Below are positions 47,512 to 61,000 of a stretch of DNA of 64,000 nucleotides, one piece after another. Source of the stretch: Anolis carolinensis (taxonomy: Eukaryota). The stretch lies in contig NC_085846.1 of the NCBI RefSeq assembly GCF_035594765.1, positions 6,249,190-6,313,189 of the forward strand. The letters are read 5' to 3'. Position 1 is the first letter of the stretch; each line of letters begins with the position of its first letter. The position numbers were made by a program, and so were the translations under genes. The notes beneath the pieces were generated by a model, which worked only from the letters and a program-made list of their open reading frames with translations, was not told where the DNA came from and ran no database searches.

Positions 47512-50500
47512 ATCTTTTGAGTGCTTAGGATATGAATTCTGATAGTGGATAATATATTATTCTGAAAAGGTACTATAGTTTTTCGTCAGTCAGATATGGG
47601 ATAAATGTGGATCTGATTATGTTCTCACTATTTTGCCTAGAATTTTCTTCAGATTATACTGCTGACCATGCAAAGTATATTTGAGCTGGGCTTTGATGTC
47701 AGATCTCTGCGGCCTAAACCGAATATTCTAACAATGAATGATACTGTAGCTCATGAAAGTCTGGAATAATGTTATTTCAAACCAGTCAATCCATGGAATT
47801 TAAAGCGATCAGGGCGAACTATCAATGAAGAGGCCAACCATGTAATGGTCACCTCATATTCTGCATATTTTGCCTCTGCTTTTTTCTGTCTCATTTTGCT
47901 TCCAGTGCTGAGGATAAGCAGTGATGTCAATTTAGCAGTACTTACTGGTTATTTTTCTATATTGAAGGAAGATCTCATGGGTTCCCATCATGTTAATGAT
48001 TCATAGGCTTCCTTTACATGGACCATAGGCCATCCTAGTAGTGATGTTAAATAGAGTTACCTCACCTGTCATTTTAACCTGTCATTCAAGGTGCACAACA
48101 CTCACAAAACATCTTACAAAATCCATGAACATGCATTTGCATCCTGAAAAAAATTGCAGCTAGAGATGTACTTTAAGACCACAGTTCAACTAGTTCTGAT
48201 GTATAGGAAAGAGTAGCAGGTTAGGAATTACAAGAAAGGAGTGTCAAGGCACTACCAAGAGGGTGAAGAAGTGAGATCGGGCAGATCTAAAGCAGTAGAA
48301 AAGGTGGCATGCTAATCCAGATCCAAAGAAGGAAGTCAGGATATTGCCTTGAACAGGAGACAGGAAAAGAAAAGGCCAGCACAATTCAGCAGTGCAATCT
48401 CTGTTTAAAGTATCGTAGGCAATAGTTGAGGCAACCTGAGGAGAGTATTGTACTTGTGGAGGCAATGAACATATGTAGAGATTCCATTATACTCTGGATA
48501 GGCCATACGGAAGTGTTTTAAAAACTCCAGTCCTCTCCTTGGCTGTCTATAGGCTTCCTCTTGCCGGCTGAATTCGACCTGTGCACTTTCCTCTTCTATT
48601 TACTCTTCAAGCTGCCTTTTTTTAGCCCATCCTTCTTTCCCTGTAAGTCTTTCACTTCAACAAGGTAGTTCCTTCCCTCCGCTTTTGCAATACAGGAAGG
48701 CCTGTGTGCTCTGGGAGGAAGCCCGGATGCCCTGACCTCACCCGGCTGCTGCGTAGGAGCATAGATCTGTCGGCCTGTGTGCCAGCAATGCTCCCTTGCC
48801 AGCTGGTGCCCTTCTAGTCTAGATTTGTAGCGGTGTAAACTGGCTGGAAGACAACCATCCTGTTTTCAACCACTGGCTAGATGTGACACAGCTGGTTGTC
48901 AAGCTATTTTTGTAAACCCAGTTGCTTCATTCCTGTTTCTGTTTTACCATGCCCAACTCTGGAGAAACCACAGTTTAGAAAAGCCTGTTTCGCTATTAAA
49001 CCAGCATTGCCTTTTGTGGACAAATAATAGAATTGAGCTGCCCCGTAAATCTTTCTACATCTCACGAAATACGCTATTTTTCCCCTTGCCACCCCCATTT
49101 CCGCATGACTGTTTTTACCCTGATGATTAAGATTTTTCACTAATGGAAATGGCTGTTATTCTCCTCCATTAACTGACACAGATAAAAGGCGCTGTTCTTT
49201 TTTCTTTCCAAATTGGCCGTCCATTTTTTTGTATTAAATTGAAATACATAAATACCGTTTCTCGTGAAAGGGATGGCAATTCTAAGCTGGGTTGATCTTC
49301 TGTAATTTGTAGTTATGGCTACAATTCTACATTCCTTTTCCCCCTCCCCCATTTCCTTTCCAGATCCTTTGTTAGCCTTATATAATATATATTTTCAAGG
49401 TAGGGAGTAGAAATATCACGTGTGTGGAAAATTCTAGTTGATTGCCTGCCAAATATAAGAATCTTCTGCGCATGTGTGCCAATATTATGATTAGGAAAAG
49501 GGGGGTTAAGGGGGAACAAGAATGCGTGGAAGAAGTAGGAAGAAAAAAAGATTGATAGATGGATTAGAAATTGACAAGAGTTGCGGGGGAGGGGGTGTCT
49601 GATAAACCTACCCTGATGTATTTCCCCCCCTCGTATTTGTCAATTCCATCCCATCAGAAGCGGAAGGAAGGCGGCATTGTATGAGGGAAATGCAACAAGG
49701 TGAATCAGCTTGGAGGATTCAGAGATAAATGTTGTATTGTCAGAAGGAGCTGGGATTGTACAGATGCAAAATGTCGCAAGCGGGAACGGGAGGGAGAGGT
49801 TGGGGGGGGGGGGGGGCTGAATAGTCATTATTGCACCAGTATCCATTAATCTTAAAGGCATTTGTGTGGGGGAAGCTTATGAAGTCAATGAATGTTTTGA
49901 GTTTTATCTGTAAAAATACTGATTTTAAAATCCCTTCAAAAGGGCTTGGTTGGCTCATGATAGCCAAATGTGTTGCAGTGTTCATCCATGCCAATGTCTC
50001 CCAGTTTGAGAGTTCCTGTAATGAAGTGTCCTTGGTTTGTTTGAACCCTAATTTTTTCCCACCTATTTTTATTCTGGGATGTTAAAATTAGAAGGTCTGC
50101 TAAGGATGTTAAAATTAGAAGGTCTGCTTTTTTTGGACTGCATTTCGAATAGGGATCTGACCATTTTCTGGTTTGTCTTTTGAAATTTGGCAAGCGTGCT
50201 TGCATTGTATGAATTGATTGATTTTAGATACTTGAGAAAAATGGGTGGGTGAGTGCATGGGTGGGGGACAGATGTGAACTAAGGTGGGGTTGGGCTGACA
50301 GAGTCAATGGCTATGTGTGAATCTCCCCCCACAGGCCTGGTATAGCTGCTGGAACATCTCCTGTGACTATTTTGAATTTAGCACTGTTAGAAACGGGAGC
50401 CAGTTTGGTGTGAGCGAGGAAGCTCTGGCTGCCCAAATTCTGATGCTAGGTGGGTGGAGAGAAAGGGGTTGAATTTGCATGCACTGCAAGGGGAAGATGT

Positions 50501-51859
50501 AGGCTCTCTGTGTACCCACAAAGGGTGGACACCGTGCTATTCTCATGCATGCTGGCTTTCTCTGTAGTCAGTATGTTTAATCTTTGACCTAGAGGAACCC
50601 CCCTGCGGGAGCACAAGAGGGCAGTTTAGCTTCCTGCAGCCCTGTTTAGCCTGCGACCTCTTGGCAGAGCTGCTGGCGCAGGGAGCCAATTAGTGCCAGC
50701 TGTGATTTATACTGTAGTTTGTGTCCTGTGGCTTGTGGGGTGTGTGTCTGTGAGAAGGGAAGGGAGCAGAAGGGGGCCAAGATGCAAGAGTGTGACAACC
50801 AATTGCTTTGTAGGTCATCCAACAGACACTGGGTGGGAGTGACTTCTAGCTCCTTGTAGATCAACTGTTTTGCTGGAGACAAATGTCTTTCTCTGTCCAG
50901 GCCATGCTGTGGACAGTGTTCTCATGTCTAGGTTGAAACACGTTGATCTCCCAGATGCTAAAAATAGCAGAAAATGTTCTAGGCTATCACGGGAAGCCAA
51001 CTCTGTGATGTGCATGTCTAATTATGGGAAACTTTTATTTTGAGGTGGCAGCAGAGAAGAGGAGAGAATTAGTCATTTTTGAGAGGTGGTTGTGGGAGGG
51101 CCCTAGGGGTGGAACGAATTCTTGATTTGAAAACATAACAAAAAAAAACCCCAGGTCAGATAAACCAGAATAGATACTTAGTCTGGCATACTGTTCCCAT
51201 AATGTCCATGGGCAGCCCATTAGCGGGACATTTTTTGCTGTAGCATCATCCTAGGTGCTAATATTATGAAGTGTGTGAAAAATGTTCAGTTACCCATTGA
51301 TCCACTGCATCCGTAACTCTACATGTATCCCTATTGTCTCCCTTTACTCAGCTTTTTGGAAAGTAAACAGATTCAAATGTAAGCTCCTTTTGTAGTAATG
51401 GAGTTGACACAGCCCCTTGATCATGTTGGTATCTCCCTTCTGTACTTTTTTCAGATCTTCATTGATCATTTTCAGGGGTGGTGATTAGAAACTGTACATA
51501 ATGTTTCAAGCGTGGTTGGACCACTGATTTGTATGTTAATTGGTAGGGGGGGTTAGAAATTTATTTTCCAATTGCTTGGTCCACATTTTTAACAAGCTTT
51601 TTGCTTCATTGGCCAACTGCTGTCTTCTTAGATCTCATTAGGGTGACATCAGGGATGAGAATTATTCATATTTTCAAATGTTGGCAGAGTGTAAGCTCCA
51701 GTAGCCCTCACTAGCATAACAAATGGTTAGGAATTCTGGGAGTTGCAATCTGACAACCTCTTGAAAAATGACATGATTTCCAAGACAGCTATGGACAAAC
51801 CACATTATGAATCACTTTGTATTTGAATCTCATTTACCAATTTAATACTCATTTCCCAG

Positions 51860-52170
51860 TTTGGGGAGTCATAGAGAGGAGAGAGCAAGCTTGTTTTCTG
51901 CTGCCCTGGAGACTAGGACACGGAACAATGGCTTCAAATTACAGGAAAGGAGTTTCCACCTGAACATTAGGAATAACTTTCTAACTGCGAGAGCTGTTCA
52001 GCAGTGGAACTCTCTGCCCCAGAGTGTGGTGGAGGCTTCTTCTTTGGCTTTTAAACAGAGGCTGGATGGCCATTTGTCAGGGGTGCTTTGAATTCAGTTT
52101 TCCTGCTTTTTGGCAGGGGGTTGAACTGGATGGTCCACAAGGTCTCTTCCAACTCTATGATTCTATTATT
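51860..52170 (+). mobile_element. CR1 3' fragment
   Basis: Matches the 3' end of the 33851-36617 element (…[14 protein letters not shown], ctatgattcta tail). Confidence 0.85.
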
Positions 52171-54949
52171 CTTCTGAAACATTTCTTAGTCTGTTTTTTT
52201 ATTTTCCCTATTTAAACTAATTTTGTGTCATTGATAAACTTGGCCATTTAATGGATAATGGTAATTAATGGATGGGTTTAAAAAACAACCACCATTTCCT
52301 CAGGGATCCATGCATAGCTGAGCCAAGTCAGCATTTCAATAGACATGTCTGTGATTGGGCTGTTAAACATTTGCAGAGCTGAGGTTTTTATAATCTGCAG
52401 GCCACCATAGAGAAGGGCCTATCAAGAGGATCGTCATATGGATAGGCCAGGAGGTGGGCTCCGAAGATCTTAAAATCTAGTTAGGTTTATATAGATGCAG
52501 ATGATCCCATAAAAATCCCAGACTTAAAAAATTGAAACCAGCAATGAAATGCACTGGATGACATCTGCTTTTCCCTGTAATGACGACTTCGTATTAAGAG
52601 TCGACATAACCAACTTTTGCAATTTTATGACAATACAAGGAGATGATTTTAATAAAAAGGTGAACACTGAAAAGAGGGATCCATGTCTCCTGGCTATTGT
52701 GACTAACATATTTTAAGGGACTGTCTAATTATGAATAAATGAAGGAATAAATGAATCAGTACTTTATATTAATTATTTAGCCAGTCACTGATTTTATTAG
52801 CTGGCAATTTCAGTCATTAAAGAGCCCTCTGATTTTTTTTAACTGCCCACCCAAGAGAGGATATTTCCAATTTTAGAAGTTGTTAAGTTGCCCTTTGAAG
52901 TACACTAGCTTAATTTATGGCTGGGTGAAAGTTTGTGAAGATAGGAAAGTTTCTTGATTGGGTTTTTAAGCAGTGAATGAAACTGGAACTTCAACAAGCT
53001 TTAGATTAGGCCCACGGATGACAACAGTACATGTGTTTCTCAGTTAACAAAGTAGATGTGTTTCTGATTATTACTTCTTTAACGTATTTTTGACCAAAAG
53101 TAGAAATAATGTAGAAACAATAGGGATAGTTTTCTATATGACTAAAAAAGAGAGCAGTCCGGTGTGTTTCACAAAAGTTTTTATTCAGAATTAACAATAG
53201 GCTAATATTGTGTAGTGGTTTGAGTGACCCTGGGGGGAAAAAAAGATTCAAATCCATACCTGGTCATGGAAACCCACTGGATAAACTTGTGCACATTGCA
53301 CCATCTCAGCCTCAGAGGGAAGTGTAAGTAAACCCCTTCTGCACAAATTTTGCCAAGAAAACTGTTGCTAAAGTTGCTGTAGGATTGTCATAGCTCAGGA
53401 ACAACCTGGAGACACGTGTGAGATGAAACAACCAGCCCAGGTAGGTTTTGCAGAAGTAAACAAATATTTTGAATCTTAAAGGCTACTTGAAAGAATCTTC
53501 CATAATGCATTTTCTTTCACAAACTTTCACTTTTATGGTTTTGATTTTGTTGGCCATCCTTATAGCTCTGTACCTTATAGACCTAGGTCGACGGCACTTT
53601 GTGAAGAGAAAAAGAAGAGCAACTGAACTAGAAGCCCTGGGATTCACTCTCACTCTGTTTTTTACTTGTCATCTTTTCCAGTGGACTTGGAGCAGTGTTT
53701 GTGGGAAGTTTTCTAATAGTCCCAAATCTAGCACCACTTTCTTTGGAATTTTTCCTGTAATGACTATGCAGAACTGATGTGGAACCCTTTTTTGCAGTCT
53801 AGTCATGGGAAAAAACAACAATCATGGGTCTTCTGCCACTAAACTCTGCTTTAGCTTTTGGTGGTAGAAGTGGCAGAAAAGGTAGTGGATAAGATTTAGT
53901 AAGAATTGCTTAAGTGCTGCAGGGCAGGTGCCGTATATGTGCAGGAACACTCTATGAATGATGATCATTACACAACCAAAAAGAAAGAACATATTGTGAA
54001 TAACGATTGTTACATAATCAAATTCATTCCATCTCCTACATGATAAACTTTTCTTTTCTCCAAACTTAATATTCCGTAGGTCCCTAAGTACAGAAGCTCT
54101 GTCATGTTTTACCACTACTATAACCACCTATTTTCTTTGTTGTTGTGTGCCTTCAAATCATTTCAGCAATCATAAGGCAACTACTGTTTCACAGGATCTT
54201 CTTGGCAAGATTTGTTCTAAGGCTGAAGGAATGAGACTTGTCCAACGTCATTCAGGGGCTTTCCATGTCTGAATGGGGAACTGAATCCTGGTCTCCAGAC
54301 ATAGTCCATGGTCAGACCACTACATTGTGCAAGCCTATTTGTTTGGGAAAAGAGGACCTAGGTTTACATTGACACATTCTTTCACATGAGCCTGCCTGAG
54401 TATTGAGATCTTTGAGGGGACCTTCTTGATCTTGCCACCAACAGAGATACTTTTGTTAGGGCACGTGGTATTTTCCAGGCTTTGGGACTCCCTCCCATAC
54501 AAAGTTAGGTTTAACTTTGTTGTCTTTCTGCCAGCACTCAATGATCTTTTTGATTCAAGTAGACTTTCAGCAGTTGATTGCCTGCTGAGAAAAGAGCTTT
54601 GAAGGATGGGTTTTAAAAATGGCTTTAATATGTATTTGAATGATATCATTTCCTGTGTTCTCTGTTGCATCTTTATGCTTTACCTATAAAGAAGGAGCCA
54701 TCCAGAAATGGGTTTACCTCAAGTCATCTTGAGTTCCATTTTGCCAGGAAGGCAGAATATAAATCAAACAGATAGTTAAGCCTTTTAGTTAGTAGTGCTA
54801 GCTGCCGTATGTCAGGAAGCACCCTTAGTGAGGCTGAGGTGTGCATAAAACCATCGGCCCCATGATCTCTTTAATTGAGACTGAATCCAAAGAGCATTCT
54901 CACCTTATTTGCAGTAATTTAGACCTAGATTGGGGGAAGTATCTAGATT

Positions 54950-55470
54950 GTCAGCTGGAATCCTGTGTCCAATTCTGGACACTACAACTAAAGGCCGACA
55001 TTGAGAAGCTGGAACATGTCCAGAGGAGGGTGTTCAAAATAGTCCAAAATGTGGAAACTATGAAGCACTACGAGGAACAACTTAGGAAGTTGGGTATGTT
55101 TATCCTGGAGAAGATAAAGTCTAGAGCAGTGGTTCTCAACCTGAGGGTCCCCGGGTGTTTTGGCCTACAACTCCCGGAAATCCCAGCCAGTTTACCAGCT
55201 ATTATGATTTTTGGGGGTCGAAGACCAAAACATCTGGGGACCCACAGGTTGAGAAGCATTGGTCTAGAGAGAATATGAGATCCATGTTTAAATATTTGGA
55301 AAGATGTCATATGGAAGAGCCAGCTTGTTTTCTGCTTCTCCAGAAACTAGGACATTGAGCAACTGATTAAAATGACAGGAAAAGAGATTCTATCTAAACT
55401 TTAGGAGGAACTTTCTGATTGCAAAAGCTGTTCAACAGTGGAATATTCTGCCTTGGAATGTGGTGAAATC
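54950..55470 (+). mobile_element. Old CR1 fragment interrupted by a hAT MITE (55127-55261, TSD GTCTAGAG)
   Basis: LESCVQFW...LEHVQRR...YEEQLRKLGMF; TSD at 55119-55126 and 55262-55269. Confidence 0.8.
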
Positions 55471-56576
55471 TTTGGCAGCATCTACAAGAAGGCTGTCACT
55501 CTCGTTGCTTCCTAATGTCACTGGGAAGTTGGTGGGACACAGAGATAGGCCTCTTCTGAAGATCATAGAGCTTTATACAAATAGCTTGGACCCAAGCCTC
55601 ATAGATCTTTATCAGTGATAACCAGCACTTTGAATTGTACCTAAATATGAGACCTTTCAGCCTCGTTCTAGTTCTCTGCTCCAGCTGCAGTGAGTCTAAC
55701 ACTGAACCTCAGCCCCTTACCCCTCTGGTTGCCTAGTAAAGGAATTAAATACCATAAAGTGGTATTTGTTGTCCAGGCCTGGGAGAGATTTGGACAGCCA
55801 GTGACAGGAGATCTGACATCTTGGCCCTTTCACTGTATAGAACGTTTCTCCCCCTCCCAGCAGTGACACTTAGTAGGGTAACATCCCCCATTAATCACAG
55901 CCAGGTTAACGGGTGAGCCTTCTCCGTCTCCCTCCCCACCAGCCTTGTCTGGCAAGACAAGAGAAATTGCTCAAGGGGCCAGAGTGGCTCTGGAGCGTCT
56001 AATTACCACGGAGGCGGCTGTCCTGTGATATTAACGAGTCGGTGGCAGCGTCTGTAGTAGTCACATGCGCTCATGGTAGATAGACCTTCCTCTGAACACC
56101 AAAGGGAGCAGGAGGTTGAAAAGCTGTCGGAGAAAATGCGGAGGATTAATGGTCCCTCCTCTGTCTTAATATACTGAAGTAATTTCCGTTGATGTTGGCG
56201 GAGTCACTTCTGATTTACAATAAGTGTGAACGAGAGGTGGCCCAGGTGACTCCGATTAAGGGAGTTATGCTTCGTTGCTGCACCTGCTGCATTGTGGAGA
56301 ATCCGTGTCCATGAGAGTCAACCTTCTGATACCCTTGCGGGACTTTCCAGACTAGCCCTCTGTCTTGTTTTCCGGCTTGCTGCAGATTGCAGCCTTTAGA
56401 AGGCTGTTGACCTGATGAAATTGAACTGCCAGGGCAGGAGAGATAGTAGTGCCTTGGAGCATCCAGAAGCAATATCAAGAGCTCACTTGGCAAGGCTTCA
56501 ATCTGAGTGTCAAGATCATGGCAAAAGCAGAAAAGTAAATGCTGTTAGGAGCCAGGCAGCAGATAAAAAGCGTCTT

Positions 56577-57725
56577 TTTTTTAAAAAAAAATTTTTTTTA
56601 AATTTTTATTACATTCCAACAATTAACAAAATTTTAGCGATGCATGTCTTATTTCAATATACATAATACCAAAAGTAACTAATGCTTAAATGACATTTTA
56701 AACGATCCTTTGGAATGTAACACCCCCCCTCCCCTCCCCTGTCCCCCCCCCTCCCCGGAACAGCAATTCAATATATTATCATTGTATCATTTTAACTGTG
56801 TGGAACGCCTGGTTCAAGGTGGTGTATCTTTCGTCTCCATCTATTTTGTTAATTAGGACTGACCATTTCCTGAACCAGTCAGGTTCTTTTAGACAATTTG
56901 TATATTTTCCTTTGATTAATGAAATCATTGATTATATATTCTGATATATAAGACCACCAAATTTCTACGTTCCATTTTGTCTCATCCCTCCATCCTCGGG
57001 CTATTGTGGCTTGTATTGAGGCTGTCATATATTTTAGGATCTCGGTCCAATTATTGTTATCTTCCCTTATCTTTATTGTGAGGGACATAAATCTGGCTTT
57101 GTCCCATATTAATTCTTTCCCTATTATTTCTTCCATTTCTTTTCTTATTTTGCTATTAAAGATTTGAATTTTTCTACAGTCCCACCACATGTGGGAGAAT
57201 GAACCTATTCCCCCACATTTATGCCAACATTTGTTCGAGGTACTTCCCGTTATATGAGCCAATTGTAGGGGGGTTCTATACCATTTTGTGATTATTTTCC
57301 TTTGTGTTTCTTTGATCCTTATATGATTAATTTTATGAATATTATTGATCCATGACCCAATTAGTTTCTCAGTAAAGTTTTTTTCTTGTTTCCAGATCTC
57401 TGTAAGCGTTTCTTTTGTATTATAAGTTAAGGTAATTAGTACATCATACCATAGCCCAATCATTCCTTTATCTTTTTCTAATTTCCTTCTAATTATTCTA
57501 TCCAGGGGGGTTTCACCTGCTTCTCTTCTTTTCATGGCCTGGGCTTTACTGGACAAACCTGACCATGCTATCCAGTTCCCTTGGCCACATTTATCTTTTA
57601 TTTTATCCCACTTTAATATTTCTCCATTGGGGTCCATAAGGTCACCAATCCTTTTAATACCATTTTCCTTCAGTGCCTTAATTATATTCCTAAATGTCTT
57701 GTCCTTATTTTCCAATGTTTCTAAT
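56577..57725 (-). mobile_element. 5'-truncated L1-clade LINE (ORF2 C-terminus) with TSD
   Basis: 278-aa ORF with CWHKC...HMWWDC zinc knuckle; AATAAA and A-tail near 56577-56610; TSD GATAAAAA(A)GCGTCTT at 56562-56576 and 57726-57741. Confidence 0.85.
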
Positions 57726-59573
57726 GATAAAAAAGCGTCTTGTGCCTCCGGCTCATACGCATTTGGGGATATTCTACTCTGAGTCTTAGGAAGGTTTACT
57801 GTTTGTGGTATAGGGCACTGTCAGTGAGTGTTCACAGTGATATCAGGAATATAAGAAACATGCTTAGTCAAAGGCTTTCCTAATCCAGTTTGCTTTGTGG
57901 ACAGCAAATTAGCCACCAAAAGCAAGAATGCACCTACATTTTCGTTTAATTTTCCCTCCCAACTAATATGCAGAAGGATATTGGTATATGGAAGGATTCT
58001 GCTATTTGAAATATCCTGGAGGGGAGTTATTTGGAGACCATAGTGCACCAAAAACACATCTAAGTCAATCAAGCCTGAAATCTCACTGGAAGCCAAAATT
58101 ACTGAACTGAGATTATTGTAATTTCAACGCATCATGAGACATTGTGACTCCTTTGGAAATACAATAATATGTATTTGGTAACATAGTAGGAAAAGACAGG
58201 TAGATACAATGAAGCCATGGCTGTCCTAAGGTCTTACTATGCCTATTAGTGAGACTTGGAGATCTCTCATTTATAGAGCTGCCACAAGGACTTGACAATA
58301 ATTACTGACAACAGTTGTCTCTGATATTGGAAGTCACATATAACTGAGCAACTATTGTTGGTCCTAGTTTCCATGAATTTCTTGTATCTTTTGAAGCCAT
58401 CCAAGTTTTCATCTGTGGTGTATCTTACGGTAGTGAATTCCACAGCTTCACTATGTGCTGTATGAAGAAGTTCTTTATATTCATCGCAAAACATATACTA
58501 TTTGATGACCCCAGCTTGTGCTATTAAAAGAAAGGATTAAAAGTGGCTCCTTGACTTTTTGCCTCATTAGTACAAGAGAGAATATAATATTTTAAGCTTC
58601 ACTGATATGAACAAAATTGCCCAACAGTAAGCATTTGTTTGGGCAGGCATACTTCATTTCTAGCCTTATTTTAAAGGCAGTTTGTCCAGACTTCTGTATA
58701 CTTTATTTTTTAATCCCCACTGCTTTAAGGGTTGGTTGTAGAGTTGGCCCTATAGGGCCATAGATTCAACCATTGATTGATTTTTTTAAAGTGAAAAGGG
58801 TACATTTTGATTTTGTCATTTTAGACAAGGGACACCATTTTACTATGCGATTATATAATGGGATTTGCAGATCCACGTTTTGATATCCATGGAGTCCTGC
58901 GACCAAACCCCTGCTGGACAAGGGCACACTATATTTAATAAACCATACATGAGAACAAATTTCTCTGTTAGTGTTTTACATTGTATTTCATAATTAAAAT
59001 TTTGTCACATTCTCCTTGAGTGGGTACAGGCCCTAAAGGGTAGGTTGTTATCTATTTAATATCAATTGTAATATAATTGTAACACTATTTCTGTAGCCTT
59101 TGTAGCTGCTGTGTCACATCTGAGCTTCCCACTTCCTGTGCTAAAAATCCACCTCCTCCTCCTGCTGTTCTTCATGGCTTCAAGTGGTCTTTGAAGCAAA
59201 GCGAGCCTCGGTCTTTGTGAAAGTTCCTTGGAGGATTGTAATCGGTGCCCTGCAACTGTCTGGGGAGTGTTGGAACAGATGGCAGCTCTTCTGGCTGAGG
59301 GGGAATAAAACAAATCAGTGTGTGTTTGTATGTGTGTTGTTTTTAAAGAAAAACATTGAGCCTGCCTAGGTACGATTGACCAGTGCTTCCGATAGCCTGG
59401 CTCTTTTTAGCTTAGTGGCAAGGCTCACTGGCAGAGAGTACAATTTGAGGATTGGATGTGAAAAGGAGAGGATAATTGCTTCAACTTGTGTGCATGAGCT
59501 TGTGGTGGCAAAGCAGATGATGTGAATCCTTTCTCTTTCTTGGGGTTCTTTTTTCTGCACCCCTTTATTACAG

Positions 59574-59692
59574 ACGAAGAGGAAAAGGAGTTGCGCAATC
59601 CAGAGAGCCCCCTTGTCATCAAGAAGAAGAAGCGAGGGCCCAAAAAGCAGAAAGAAAACAAGCCAGGGAAACCCAGGAAGCGCAAAAAATTA
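59574..59692 (+). CDS. CHD3: CHD3 exon 2 (DEEEKELRNPESPLVIKKKKRGPKKQKENKPGKPRKRKKL)
   Basis: tacag acceptor, gtaagt donor; RGPKKQKENKPGKPRKRKK is CHD3-specific. Confidence 0.95.
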
Positions 59693-60244
59693 GTAAGTTG
59701 TGTGAGCAGAGCCTTCTCCCTGTCTCCCCTGTGTGTGCATGTGTCTCTGTGTGTATGCTCATGCTTTATTACTGCTTGAAGGAAGTGGGCAGTTGAAGGT
59801 TGTGGCACCATCAAGGTATTGATTAAAATTATGTTACTGGAATCAATTTGTAATCGCCGGATGGGCTCGATTTCTATCTCCATTTGTTCCCTGCAGAGTC
59901 AGGAACAAATGGCACAGTTTAGCACCATGTCATAAGTCCATGCCAATCTCTTGTCACTAGCTAGTTGGTTCTTGGTTATACTGATCTTGCTACCATTTCT
60001 GCAGAAGAGGGATCCTGTTTTTGTTTCAGGCACTAGTAGAAAACAAAGGGCTTATGGGAGGTGGGAAAAGACCTATAGCACAGCATCTTGGGTTTCCCCC
60101 TTTTGTTTTAAGTGAAAATGAGTTGCTTGTGTGGGTTTTTTTCTTGCATGAATCAGAGATATGTTGGTACTTCTCTGTCGGTGACCTACAACTCCCTTGG
60201 GGCTCCTGCTTTGTAATTGAAAGCTTCCTGTTGGTGTTTTCCAA

Positions 60245-61000
60245 CAGTGGTCACGATGGTCTACGCTCTGGTTACATCCCGCTTGGATTACTGCAATGCG
60301 CTGTACGTGGGGCTGCCTTTGAAGATGGCCTGGAAGCTTCAATGCGTACAATGGGCGGCAGCCAGGCTTATAACCAGAGCAGCGTACAGGGAGCATACCA
60401 CTCCTCTGTTGCGTCAGCTCCACTGGCTGCCAATATGCTACCGAGCCCAATTCAAAGTACTGGTCTTGGCCTACAAAGCCCTAAATGGTTCTGGTCCAAC
60501 TTACCTGTCAGAATGTATTTCCTCCTATGAGCCTATGAGAACTTTAAGATCATCTGGGGAGGCCCTTCTCTCGATCCCACCTGCCTCGCAAGTGTGGCTG
60601 GTGGGGACGAGAGACAGGGCCTTCTCAGTGGTGGCTCCTCGGCTGTGGAATTCCTTCCCTAGTGACATCTGGCAGGCTCCATCCCTTCTGGGTTTCAGAA
60701 AGAAATTGAAGACCTGGCTATGCGCGCAAGCGTTTAAAGAATAAGCTCTGTTGGCTTTGTCTTGGTCTGGATCAAGGTTTATGTACAAGGTTTTGTAGAT
60801 AAGTGGTTTAAGCACTTTGTATTGTTTTAAATTTGTATATTGTATATTGTTATTTGTTTAGCAGTTTTTAACTGCTTTATGTTTTATTCTATTGTATTGT
60901 TGTTTATTGGCATTGACTTTTGCCAGATTTGTAAGCCACCTTGAGTCCCCTCGGGTGAGAAAAGTGGGATAGAAATGATGGAAATAAATAAATAAATAAA
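60245..61000 (+). mobile_element. L2 LINE 3' fragment
   Basis: ALVTSRLDYCNALYVGLP...LHWLPI...RAFSVVAPRLWNS; (TAAA)n tail. Confidence 0.88.

Noticed and set aside
59110-59370. Orthologue of the human CHD3 alternative first exon (MKAADT...)
   Set aside because: ATGs here meet stops quickly and no peptide similarity is visible; a non-coding exon remains possible.
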